64,000 nt of DNA. Origin: a virus. Taxonomy: Duplodnaviria > Caudoviricetes. Below are positions 8,943 to 18,245 of the stretch, piece after piece (positions within the stretch are counted from its first letter, which is position 1; every line of letters begins with the position of its first letter). The DNA is taken from positions 1-64,000 of IMG/VR virus record IMGVR_UViG_3300033074_001883. One strand, given 5' to 3'. The translations under genes were made by a program, and so were the position numbers. The notes beneath the pieces are model-generated. The model was not told the origin of the DNA, did not search any database, and saw only the letters and a list, made by a program, of their open reading frames with translations.

Positions 8943-11245
8943 CAGATGATCTCCGCGTCAGCCGTCCAGTGGAACTCGTACACCTCGGAACTGGCGGGAG
9001 GGGCCGTCACGGTGAAGGTGAACCGCTCCCCTCCGTCGGCCGTGAGGACCGAGATCGTCTTGTCCGCGCCACCGCCGAGCCCGTAGACCTTCCCGGGTTG
9101 GTTGAGCGCGCTCGTCGACCAGACCTGAACGGCCGGAGTCACCGTGCGCATCCGCTTGCGGAATGGGACCGCCGCGATGTTGGAGCCGAGCGCACTGACG
9201 CTGAAGATTGTGTTAGCGGGGACGCCGCCTCCACCGATTCCACCGGTCACCGGGCTGTACCCGAAGCGGCAACTCTTCTGGTAGAAGCTCTCCAGCAAGT
9301 CGAGTTCCGCCCAGATGTCCATCTGTCGGAAGGTCGGGTTGCGGCCCACCGTGCCACTCCCCGTCGTCGCCAAGATGGCGTCGGTCACCTCGACGTAGTC
9401 GTTCGAGTCCCCGGGGCCCGTGCCCGCTTGCTGGTAGCCGACGACGAGGGCGAGCGTAGTCGCGCTTGCCGAGACGGCGGTGGTGACGAGCATGTTGTAC
9501 TTCACGAAGCTCGTCGTCAGCGTGGAGCCTGCGATGGTGAGCGTCTGAAGAAGCGTGCCTCCAGAGAAGTTGCGGAGTCGCTGCGACGAGGAGCCGGTGT
9601 TCTGCCACACCTCGACGACGAGGTTCGAACCGTTCGGCGTGGTGGAGCCCTTGCGAGCGAGGAACGAGAGGGAGACCGTCTTCCCCTTGAAGTCCCCGGT
9701 ACGCACTTCCTGCACCGCTTGGTAGCGGATGGTGTTCGCGTTCAGCGTGTTGTTGCGGATGCGGATGCAACTGCCGGATGAAGCCGGAGCGGCCGACGCC
9801 GCGAACGAGAGAATGGACGACCACGTCTGCGCGCCCGCAGCCGTCTTCTCGGCTTGGAAGTACCACCGGTCCGCGCCGTACGGCCCGAGCGTGTGCGTGG
9901 AGTCGTAATAGGCCGCGACGCTCTGGGTGTCGCCCATCGTGAAGGTGGAGCCGCGCTGCCACCAGTTGAAGCCGCCGTTGAGGAGGAGGTTGAGGTCGAA
10001 GATCTCGGTGAGCTTGTCCTTGTCGGCGATGGCCATGAAGCCTTCGCCGGAAGCCGCCACCGTTGCGACGGCATGCGTGGTGCCGCCAGCCTGAGCACCA
10101 TGCGCGTGCGTGTGGTCACCTCGCGCCACGGAGCCGGAAGCACCCGCCGCTCCCGCCGCTGCGACGGCAGGTGGGGCAATCGGGTACGTCACGATCTGGT
10201 GAATGTGGTTAGCCAGTGCGAGCGCCGAGCCTGAACCGGCCGAGTTCGCCGAGTCTGGGACGATGGTAGCCGCGACACCGGAGGTCACCGAGTGCTTGTG
10301 GTCGGCACGGGAGACGTTGCCGGAGGTTCCGGCTGCTGCGGCGGCTCCGTCCACAGCGGCGGGGGCGCTCGCCGAAGTGTTGAGGCGATGAGTGTGATCC
10401 GCCATCGCGACCTGACGCGAAGTACCATTGGTGGAGGCCGCGTCGATGACCACGGCTCCCGGAAGCGTCGAGGCGTTTTGGCGCGGGATGGGTTCGAACC
10501 AGACACGGATGTTCCCACCGTTCACGAGGAGGCAGAAGCCGACGAGTTGAGCGGCGTCGGCAGCCGGAAGCGTCTTCACGAGGACACCCGTGGTGCCGAG
10601 GTACACGGGGCTGTTCGCCACCATCGTGTCGGGGTTCGTGAACAGGTCGCTCATGCCCCACGCGAGGACGCGGATGTCTTGGTTAGTAGCGAGAGCGCCA
10701 CCATCCCAGAGGAAGACCGCCGACGAGCCTGCGCCAGCGCTCACGCGATCGACGGCCGGGACGATGTCACCGTTCGGGAGTGTCACCACCGCGCCCGTGG
10801 CGGTGAGGACGAGCGGGCCCGATGCGGCGGTGCCGACGTAGCGCACGGTGCGGCGGTTCGCCGGGATGCCGATGCGCTGATCGAGGAGCTGGTAGCTCTC
10901 GCGCCACGCCTTCGCCCAACCCTCGGTCGCGTCACCCTCGCTCGTCTCGTCCTTGGCGAACGGAATGAGGCTGACGTGCGTCGTCTTCACGCGAGCGACC
11001 GCGAGGCTCGTCCCGTCGTTCGTCACGAGGCGGATGCGGTAGGAGCCCTCCTTGTCGGCCGTGAAGGAGGACGTCGCGGCCGTCGGGGTCGCCAACGTTG
11101 CCGTGGAGCCTGCGGGCTTGGAGAGGAGCGTCCACGCCCACGAGACGACGCCCGTGTTGTCGAAGTTCGACAAGGCCACGACGCCGCCGACCGCGTAGGT
11201 CTCGTTCGGCGTGGCGTTTCCGTTCATGCGTACTGAGGAGGGCAT
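8942..11245 (-). CDS. Long tail fibre protein
   Basis: 767 aa. N-terminal PKD-like module (SWAWTLLSKPAGS...FTADKEGSY), four ADH.H-type shaft repeats, C-terminal NLLLNGGFNWWQRG carbohydrate-binding-like head. Confidence 0.75.
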   Translation of the reverse strand: MPSSVRMNGNATPNETYAVGGVVALSNFDNTGVVSWAWTLLSKPAGSTATLATPTAATSSFTADKEGSYRIRLVTNDGTSLAVARVKTTHVSLIPFAKDETSEGDATEGWAKAWRESYQLLDQRIGIPANRRTVRYVGTAASGPLVLTATGAVVTLPNGDIVPAVDRVSAGAGSSAVFLWDGGALATNQDIRVLAWGMSDLFTNPDTMVANSPVYLGTTGVLVKTLPAADAAQLVGFCLLVNGGNIRVWFEPIPRQNASTLPGAVVIDAASTNGTSRQVAMADHTHRLNTSASAPAAVDGAAAAAGTSGNVSRADHKHSVTSGVAATIVPDSANSAGSGSALALANHIHQIVTYPIAPPAVAAAGAAGASGSVARGDHTHAHGAQAGGTTHAVATVAASGEGFMAIADKDKLTEIFDLNLLLNGGFNWWQRGSTFTMGDTQSVAAYYDSTHTLGPYGADRWYFQAEKTAAGAQTWSSILSFAASAAPASSGSCIRIRNNTLNANTIRYQAVQEVRTGDFKGKTVSLSFLARKGSTTPNGSNLVVEVWQNTGSSSQRLRNFSGGTLLQTLTIAGSTLTTSFVKYNMLVTTAVSASATTLALVVGYQQAGTGPGDSNDYVEVTDAILATTGSGTVGRNPTFRQMDIWAELDLLESFYQKSCRFGYSPVTGGIGGGGVPANTIFSVSALGSNIAAVPFRKRMRTVTPAVQVWSTSALNQPGKVYGLGGGADKTISVLTADGGERFTFTVTAPPASSEVYEFHWTADAEII

Positions 11246-11254
11246 GTCGTTCCT

Positions 11255-13069
11255 TTACGAGATGGTGATGAGAGAGGCGCGAGTGCGCGGCAGCGTACCA
11301 TCGAGCACGGTCACGTTCGAGGAAGGCGTTCCGACCTTGACGTCGACGACGCCCGGGACCGACATGACCGCCGCGACGACCTCCGCGAGGATGACGTCGT
11401 CACCGATGCCGAGCCCGTTCACGTAGCCCTGCACGGCGTCACGAATCGCGGCGGAGAGCGACGACTCGACGACACCGAAGCCGCTCACCACGATGAGGTT
11501 GAACGAGACGTTCTGAAGCGTGGGCGCGCGCACCTTCAGCTTCACACCGACGGCGGCCTCGCCCGGGTAGTTGTCGAGGTCGAGCGGGTCGCCCTTGAGC
11601 ACGCGCTGCACTTCGCGGATGAGCCCCGTGTAGTAGGTGTACGCGTTCGTCGGGTTCGGCACGGCGGCGAGCACGTCGTACTGCACGAGGCCCGCTACCA
11701 ACTCCACGTCGCCTGACGTCTCGTTGAAGAGGTAGTCGGTGCCGAGCGTGAGGAACGTGGTCGCGAGGATACCGTACGGACCCACAGTCGGGAGCGTCGT
11801 CGTCACCGTCACCGTGAAGTCGTTGGCGGTGTTTGCGGTGATGACGAAGGCGTTGCGGTTATCGTCGATGACGGTGCGGCCGACGAGCGCGCCGGGAGTG
11901 AAGCCTGCTCCGGTGTCGACGCACACCGCGTTGCCGACGCCCGGGGTCACCGAGTCCACCTCGCCTCGGAGGTCGCTCTTCTTGAGCGAGAGCGAGCCGC
12001 TCACCACCGGCCAGTCGGTGAGACGTGCGCGGCGCTGACCCGTCTCTGCGCGGTGGATGAGGAGTTCGAGGCTCGTCTTCGCCGACGTCGTCGTCACGGT
12101 GCCGGTGCCGTCGTCGATGTACACCGAGACGTCGGGGTCGCTGAACTCCTCGACGACCTGTGCCGTCTGCACGCGTTGCCCACTCGCGAGCGAGACGGCG
12201 AGCGTGGCGACGAGGATGTCGTTCCACGTCCCCGCCGACAACGCTTGGAGCTTGAGCTGGAGGCGACGGAAGTATTCCTCGTCGGTCTCTTCGTCGCGTC
12301 CACCCACGGCCGGGGCGTCGTTGCTGACCGTCGCCGTCTGGAAGGGCGGCGCACCGATGAGTGAGATGCGCGCGGTGCCGACGTTGTAGACCGCGCCCGT
12401 ACTCGTCGAGATGGCGGTCACCTCGTTCGAGAAGACCTCGCCGTCCAAGAGCGTCGCGACGCTCTGCGTGAGGAAGTCAAGCTGCGCGACCTCGTCGGTC
12501 TCTGGGACGGAGACCGTGAGACCGGCACCAATGGTGCGGTCCGCGCCAGCCGTCGAGAGCAGGACTTGTGTCGCGGCGTTGTGGTTAAGCACGAGAGCCG
12601 AGGAGAGCGTGAAGACGTTTCCGGCCTTCGACGTGTACGGCCGAAGCTCACGCTGACCGGGCGTGTCTCGCTCGAAGACAAGTGCACCCGTGTTCGGGAA
12701 CGCGGAACCGTCCGTCAACGTCACCGAGGTCGCGCCGATGAGCGCGGACACGCCCATGGTCGTCTCGGTCTTGATGGAGACGGTGGAGTCACCGAACTTC
12801 ACCAGCACGGTGGACTGCGCGGGCGTGAGTCGCGCCTCGTCGTAGTCGGCCCCGCGCTCGTCGAGGTCCTCTCCCCGCGCGTTGCGGATGGAGAACGCCT
12901 GCTTCAGGCGGCTGATTTGGATGTTCTGATCGGCGTCCTGAAGGCTGGAGGCCTCCAGAATCGTGCGGGTCACCGAGCCCGGGTTGGTGTCGTCGATCTC
13001 CGAGTTCGCCTTCACCGTGGCGAGTTGCGAGTCGAGAATCTCAGGCAGCGAGCGGAAGCGGAAGGTCAT
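11255..13069 (-). CDS. Baseplate J-like wedge protein
   Basis: N-terminal EIDDTNPGSVTRTILEA, A.GEDLD, GGRDEETDEEYFRR; C-terminal YVNGLGIGDDV...VMSVPGVVDV. Confidence 0.9.
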   Translation of the reverse strand: MTFRFRSLPEILDSQLATVKANSEIDDTNPGSVTRTILEASSLQDADQNIQISRLKQAFSIRNARGEDLDERGADYDEARLTPAQSTVLVKFGDSTVSIKTETTMGVSALIGATSVTLTDGSAFPNTGALVFERDTPGQRELRPYTSKAGNVFTLSSALVLNHNAATQVLLSTAGADRTIGAGLTVSVPETDEVAQLDFLTQSVATLLDGEVFSNEVTAISTSTGAVYNVGTARISLIGAPPFQTATVSNDAPAVGGRDEETDEEYFRRLQLKLQALSAGTWNDILVATLAVSLASGQRVQTAQVVEEFSDPDVSVYIDDGTGTVTTTSAKTSLELLIHRAETGQRRARLTDWPVVSGSLSLKKSDLRGEVDSVTPGVGNAVCVDTGAGFTPGALVGRTVIDDNRNAFVITANTANDFTVTVTTTLPTVGPYGILATTFLTLGTDYLFNETSGDVELVAGLVQYDVLAAVPNPTNAYTYYTGLIREVQRVLKGDPLDLDNYPGEAAVGVKLKVRAPTLQNVSFNLIVVSGFGVVESSLSAAIRDAVQGYVNGLGIGDDVILAEVVAAVMSVPGVVDVKVGTPSSNVTVLDGTLPRTRASLITIS

Positions 13070-13076
13070 GGGGTTC

Positions 13077-15104
13077 TCATCGGAGAGGCGAGGTGAACTC
13101 GGAGCGGAGGCCGCCCTTCACACGAAGCTTGGAGACGGTCTGGTACGTGTCACGGTCCTGCCGGATGTTCAACTCCTCGACCGCTTCGATGCGTGAGTCG
13201 GACAGCAGCGTCGTCTCGAAGTTCAGGCGGAGCTTGATGAGCGCCTCGGGCGAGCCGCGTTGCCCGAAGACCGGGAGGAGACCGAACCACTGGTGAAGGA
13301 TGAGGTCGCCCGCCGACATCTCGAACTTGAGGGCGAGTGCTTGGTTGAGGTTCTCCTCGCCACGGAGCAAGCCGAGGTCGCCCGTGCTGCTGCGCACGAG
13401 GTCGTAGAGCCCCGTCTCGGGGTCCTTGCGGATGCGGAGGTCGATGCCGAGCAACGCGGCGATTCCGCCTCGTCCCGTCTGCCGTGGCTGGAGGAAGAAG
13501 ACCGTGAAGAGGTCACCCGAGGAAGGCGCGACGGAGAAGGCCACACCCACCGTGATTGAGTTAGCCGTGTTCGACACCACGAGCCTCGACTCGCCCGACG
13601 CTGCGCCGGAGAGCATTTTCACCGTGTAGCCGACCCACTGGTTGATGCGCCACTCCGTGCGACCGCTTCTGAGAAGCGTCGTCGTGGTCGCGCCCGAGAC
13701 CTCGTCCTTGTCGGTTCGCCCGATGAGCGGGGCGTCGTTGCCCGTAAGGTTCGGGTTCGAGTCCTGCGCGGCAACCGTCGGCACCATGACGACGTCACCC
13801 GGCGCGAGGGTGCCGGGCATGCGCTCGTCGGCGGATGGCGCGAAGTACGGCCAGCGCAGGCCGTTGAGGAGGATGATTTCGTGCGCACGCGTCGCGTCAC
13901 CCGTGGTGCGCGCGGCGAAGTTGAAGATGGTCTCCCCGGGGAGGAGCGATGCTTCTGACAGCGCGTTGCGGTTGCGACCGGCTTGCGTCGTTGCGTCGGA
14001 GTCGCCATCGAGTCCGTGCGTCGGCGAGAAGTCGGCCACGGCGTCGTCCCAGCGGCTCTGCCACTTCTGCGCGAAGATATCGTTGCGGGCGAGGACGAAG
14101 TCCATCTCCCGGCGCACGCCGATGAGCCCCTCCATCGCGTCGACGGGCACACTGAAGAGCATGTCCGCCGAGTTCTGAATCTGTTGGAGAACGAGCGAGA
14201 TGTTAGCGGTTGCCGACGTGATGAGAGAGCGGGGGAGGTCGAGGACCTCCGCCGTCCCCGCCGCCATGCGGGAGAGGTTCGTCGACAACGCACCGGCCGT
14301 GTCGATGACGCTGACCAACAGAGAGCGCGTCGCCCTGAACTGGTTGAAGAAGTCGAGCTTGCCGCTGATGAGCGTGTTGGCGTCGTTCAACCGATCGCGT
14401 GCCGCCGCCAGACCACGGAGCGCGTTGGTGAGCGCAGAGTTCCCAACGGTGACGTGGTCCACCGGACGGAGCACCGCCGCACCCTTCGCGATGGTGCGAA
14501 GACGGATGGTGTAGTTGTAGGTCATCGGGCTGTTCGACGCCCTCGACATGCGGAACGTGAGGGGCTCGACGAGCCACACCTCGTTGTCCTTCATGTTGAT
14601 CCAGTAGAACGTGGCCGCCTGCTCGCCCACCTTCGCGAGGCGGTGAAGTTGCCAGTATTCGCGGAAGAGCGAACGAAGCTGAAGGAACGCGTTGTACCCG
14701 GAGACGCGAGCGTAGGCGCTCTCGACGAGGTTAGCCGCGCCGCCAGTGAGGTTGGACACCGCCTGCGCCTGCAACACCTCGGAAGAGAGGTGCTTGAAGT
14801 TCTTCACCGGGAGAAAGCCTGTGGTCCCTCCGATGGTGATGTCCTTGAAGATGTTGCCTTGGTTCTCGATGTACTTCCCGCCGCCCTGAGTGGGCGTGAT
14901 GCTCACCGCGCCCTCCTCGTCCTGCTCGATGGACTTCGGGTTGATGGGGAAGACGAACTCCTTGTCACCCGTCGCCGTGCGCAGGACGAACCCGTAGCGC
15001 GCCTTCTCGTGGCCGAGGAAGTTTCGAGCGACGACGTCCTGCCCCGTCTCCCAGAGGTAGTCGGAGTCGTTGTTCGGTTCGGGCGGGCGGAGTGGTTTGC
15101 GCAT
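13077..15104 (-). CDS. Baseplate fusion protein: tube-initiator-like N-terminus, LysM, gp25-like C-terminus
   Basis: FVFPINPKSIEQ...T.GG..IE..G...KDITIGGTTG; LysM-like LPGETIFNFAARTTGDATRAHEIILLNGL; C-terminal GDL.LL.GEENLNQAL...TLLSDSRIEAV (GPW/gp25). Confidence 0.7.
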   Translation of the reverse strand: MRKPLRPPEPNNDSDYLWETGQDVVARNFLGHEKARYGFVLRTATGDKEFVFPINPKSIEQDEEGAVSITPTQGGGKYIENQGNIFKDITIGGTTGFLPVKNFKHLSSEVLQAQAVSNLTGGAANLVESAYARVSGYNAFLQLRSLFREYWQLHRLAKVGEQAATFYWINMKDNEVWLVEPLTFRMSRASNSPMTYNYTIRLRTIAKGAAVLRPVDHVTVGNSALTNALRGLAAARDRLNDANTLISGKLDFFNQFRATRSLLVSVIDTAGALSTNLSRMAAGTAEVLDLPRSLITSATANISLVLQQIQNSADMLFSVPVDAMEGLIGVRREMDFVLARNDIFAQKWQSRWDDAVADFSPTHGLDGDSDATTQAGRNRNALSEASLLPGETIFNFAARTTGDATRAHEIILLNGLRWPYFAPSADERMPGTLAPGDVVMVPTVAAQDSNPNLTGNDAPLIGRTDKDEVSGATTTTLLRSGRTEWRINQWVGYTVKMLSGAASGESRLVVSNTANSITVGVAFSVAPSSGDLFTVFFLQPRQTGRGGIAALLGIDLRIRKDPETGLYDLVRSSTGDLGLLRGEENLNQALALKFEMSAGDLILHQWFGLLPVFGQRGSPEALIKLRLNFETTLLSDSRIEAVEELNIRQDRDTYQTVSKLRVKGGLRSEFTSPLR

Positions 15105-15109
15105 GTTGG

Positions 15110-15832
15110 TTAGCTCGGAGAGACGTCAGAACGACTGCCAGTGATGAAGCCGCCACCGTTACACGCCGTGTGGTCCACCGTCAGAAGCCCCGGACCGGGG
15201 GCAGTGTACTCGACGGAGGGGCCGCCCGTCAGCACACCGAGTTCGACGTTGAACGCGTCACGGATGCGCCACGCGTAGACGAGCCCGGATCCCCGCACCG
15301 TCGACGTCATGCGAATGCGCAGCGAGCCGAGCGAGACATAGGTGAACTCGGTGGTGAGGTCGGGGTCCCTCGTCGGTGCGGCTGGAAGCTTCGGCGGCGG
15401 TGGCGCGTCCTCGGTGCCACCGACTCCACCGATGATGATGGTGCCGAGGTAGAGAGCCATCGCGAGGTCGAGCTTCGGGTTCTTCCCGGCGATGGACTGC
15501 TGAGCCGACCACGCGGCGAGCGCGAGTGACGGGTCAGGTGGGGTCCCGGAGAGAAGCTGAGTCGAGAGTTGTTGGCACGCCGCCGAGAGGGCCGGAACGA
15601 AGAGTGGGATGAAGAGGTTCGCGGGGCTGACGCGTCCGAGGTAGAGCTTGCCCGTCTCGTCTTCCGCGTCGATGCCTTGGGCGATGAGGAGCGCGGCCGG
15701 GCCGATGGCACCACCTGCCCCGGCGAGCATCAGCGGCATGATGTTATCAATCGCCGCACCAAGCTCCCGGTGACTCGGGGTGAGTTCGGTGTCGCCCGTG
15801 GCGATCTTCCATGCCGAGGTGAACTTGATCAC
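15110..15832 (-). CDS. Baseplate-region hypothetical protein
   Basis: Probable GTG start at 15832 overlapping the upstream TGA (GTGA). About 240 aa. Confidence 0.5.
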   Translation of the reverse strand: MIKFTSAWKIATGDTELTPSHRELGAAIDNIMPLMLAGAGGAIGPAALLIAQGIDAEDETGKLYLGRVSPANLFIPLFVPALSAACQQLSTQLLSGTPPDPSLALAAWSAQQSIAGKNPKLDLAMALYLGTIIIGGVGGTEDAPPPPKLPAAPTRDPDLTTEFTYVSLGSLRIRMTSTVRGSGLVYAWRIRDAFNVELGVLTGGPSVEYTAPGPGLLTVDHTACNGGGFITGSRSDVSPS

Positions 15833-16764
15833 GGGGGCGTGTCCGAGACGGCGGCCCACTTCGAGAGCATCTCGTTGCTGCTCTCCGGCGCGACCGCGCG
15901 GATCTTGAGGTTGGAGAACCCGACGATGTCGGCCGGGTTGAGTGGTGTAGGAGCGCCGAGGTTGCCGATGTGCGTGTGGCTGATGAGCTTCGTGAGGATC
16001 TCGTCGATGAACGCCGTCACCTTCGGCCCGAGCGCCATCGGCTGCGCGGAAGGGCCACCGATGTCGAAGGTGTCGGGCGTGAAGGAGAGCACGGTGCCGC
16101 CGTCCTTGACGCGGAAGGACACCGTCGTCGGGGACGTCTGGTTGTCGATGGTGATGATGAAGTCACCGACGTTGATGCGAACGAACTTGTCCTCGTTCGT
16201 CGGGTTGCCCTTGATGTCCGGCGTCTTCCCCAGCGTGATGATGACGTTCCCGTTGTCGTCGAGGACCGTCTCCGTCCCGCGATGCGTAGTGCGTCGGAAG
16301 AGCTTGCCGTCCTTCGGAAGCTCCTTCCCCTCCGCGTCCTTGAACTGTCGACGCGAGCTTCGGTGGCGCACCACGCCGTCGATGACCGGCCGCTGGATGC
16401 TCCCGTTGATGAAGCTCACGAGCACGCGGTCACCGTCGGTCTCCGCGAGTGGCGTTCGCGGCTTGCCCGGCGTGGACTCTGCCTCGAACGGTGCCGAACC
16501 CACCGTCGTCTTCGCCACGCGGAGCACGGTGTCGTCGCCGTCGTCGAGTCCACCGGACTGGTCGACGCGAGGGACGTTGTAGAGCCGCCCGAGGTTCGTT
16601 GCCGATGTGATGTCGACGTCGTACTCGATGTCCGACTTCGACACGCTGGTCGAGTCAGTAGGGTAGTGAATGCCGACGACGACGCCTTCGAGCCGGTACG
16701 GCATCTCGAAGTTGTCGTTGCGGGTCACGCTCGCCTGCCTGAGTCCGTTCTGCTTGAAGCTCAT
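15829..16764 (-). CDS. Baseplate central spike (gpV/gp5 OB-fold type)
   Basis: GVVVGIHYP...YDV...NVP...GDRVLVSFINGSIQRPVIDG, beta-repeat C-terminus and SHTH metal-binding tip motif. Confidence 0.7.
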   Translation of the reverse strand: MSFKQNGLRQASVTRNDNFEMPYRLEGVVVGIHYPTDSTSVSKSDIEYDVDITSATNLGRLYNVPRVDQSGGLDDGDDTVLRVAKTTVGSAPFEAESTPGKPRTPLAETDGDRVLVSFINGSIQRPVIDGVVRHRSSRRQFKDAEGKELPKDGKLFRRTTHRGTETVLDDNGNVIITLGKTPDIKGNPTNEDKFVRINVGDFIITIDNQTSPTTVSFRVKDGGTVLSFTPDTFDIGGPSAQPMALGPKVTAFIDEILTKLISHTHIGNLGAPTPLNPADIVGFSNLKIRAVAPESSNEMLSKWAAVSDTPP

Positions 16765-18245
16765 GCTCCCTCCGGGAGGTTCAGTTCCAGCGGGGACTGC
16801 AAGATGCTGTCGCGCTTCGGCTCTATGGTCTGGAACGGCTTCGGCTCGCTCAAGCGCGCCACGACCTTGTCGGACTTGAGCGTAGCGAGGCTGCGGAGGA
16901 GCGGGAACGACACCGCGTCGGAGGCGCGCTCCACGCCACGCGTGAGGTTCACCGACGTCGAGGCCCCGCCCGGGTACGTGTACGAGTGCGTCACGCCCTC
17001 GACGTAGAAGCTGAAGCGCTCGCCGGAGCGACGGTTCGTGTAGTCGAGTCGCGTGCCAACGTGAATGTCCGGACGCACGCGCATGCTCATCGTGCCGTCG
17101 AGGAGTTCATCGTTCTGGCCGTACCACTCCGTGAGCAGCGCCGTGTACGACTCCAGAATGCCGCGCGGCACGCCCATCTTCGAGTCAACGATGGGCTGAG
17201 AGAAGTCGGCGAATGAGTTAGTGACCGGTTCGAGCTTGCGGAACCCGGAGCGGTTCACTGACTTGGGGTTCGTGTAGCCCACGTTGAGCACGGCCACGCT
17301 CTCGTGGTTGAGCCACGCCGCCTCGGGGAAGACACGAATCCAGTTCTGCGTGTCGCTGTCGCTTCGGCGCAGGTCCTCTTGGTTGACCTCGGTGGAGTCG
17401 ACTTCGCTCGCGTGGAGGTGAGCGAAGGCCTCGTGCGTGAAGGGGCGCTCTTCGAGCGTGAGCACCGGGTGCCCGTCGATGGTGTCGACCCACATCTCGT
17501 TCAGCATGCTGTTGCTGTAGAACTGGAGCGTCGACCAGAGGTTGCCGCTGAGGTTCGGGTTCCCGGTGACGCAGAGACGCCCACGCGTCGGGTAGATGTT
17601 AGTCAGCAGACCCGGGCCGGCCCCGGCCATGGTCGGGTGACTCCGGATGAGCGGAGCCGCACGCTCCGGCATGCCGAGGAGGAGCGAGCCCGGCGCGAGG
17701 CACTGCACGCGGCCCTCGTGGTACGCCTTGAGGAGGTTCGCCACGGCTTCCCCGGGGGAGACGAACGGGTTGCCGCGCTCGGCGAACGTCGTTCTGCGGA
17801 GGAGGATCTGCGCCTCGAACAACGTCTGGTCGATGAGCGCGCCGAGCAGCGGGTCGACGATGAGCGCGATGTTGAGAAGCACCTTGCCGTAGTCGCGGCC
17901 TGAGACGGAGATGACTTCCTTCGTCACGCCCTTCCCGTCCGTCACGCGTCGGCGCGAGATGGTGTCGATGCTTCCGACCATGAGCGGTGTCGCCGATGGC
18001 GGTGACATGCCGTCGAGGTAGATCTCCACCCAGTCGTTGGGCCTGAGCGCGCGGAGGTACTCCTGCCGTGGGACGAGCGTGAACTGGAACCCTCCCGCTG
18101 CCTGACCGAGGCTCTTCTGCACGGTGCACGAGACGACGTCTTGCCGAGCGGACTCGACGACCTTCGTGCGGCGCGTGCTTCCGGGGTAGGCCTCGTGTTG
18201 GTGAAACACGAGACGGCAACTGCTGTTCTGGTAGCGAGTCGTCAT
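16761..18245 (-). CDS. Baseplate hub protein (gp27/Tal-like)
   Basis: 494 aa directly after the tape measure gene. VQKSLGQAAGGFQFTL...NDWVEI...V.I.GRDYGK.L; ends FYVEGVTHSY...T.V.LTRG. Confidence 0.75.
   Translation of the reverse strand: MTTRYQNSSCRLVFHQHEAYPGSTRRTKVVESARQDVVSCTVQKSLGQAAGGFQFTLVPRQEYLRALRPNDWVEIYLDGMSPPSATPLMVGSIDTISRRRVTDGKGVTKEVISVSGRDYGKVLLNIALIVDPLLGALIDQTLFEAQILLRRTTFAERGNPFVSPGEAVANLLKAYHEGRVQCLAPGSLLLGMPERAAPLIRSHPTMAGAGPGLLTNIYPTRGRLCVTGNPNLSGNLWSTLQFYSNSMLNEMWVDTIDGHPVLTLEERPFTHEAFAHLHASEVDSTEVNQEDLRRSDSDTQNWIRVFPEAAWLNHESVAVLNVGYTNPKSVNRSGFRKLEPVTNSFADFSQPIVDSKMGVPRGILESYTALLTEWYGQNDELLDGTMSMRVRPDIHVGTRLDYTNRRSGERFSFYVEGVTHSYTYPGGASTSVNLTRGVERASDAVSFPLLRSLATLKSDKVVARLSEPKPFQTIEPKRDSILQSPLELNLPEGA

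Noticed and set aside
8942-11245. Diversity-generating retroelement or invertible fibre cassette
   Set aside because: No reverse transcriptase, invertase or template/variable repeat pair was seen in the window.
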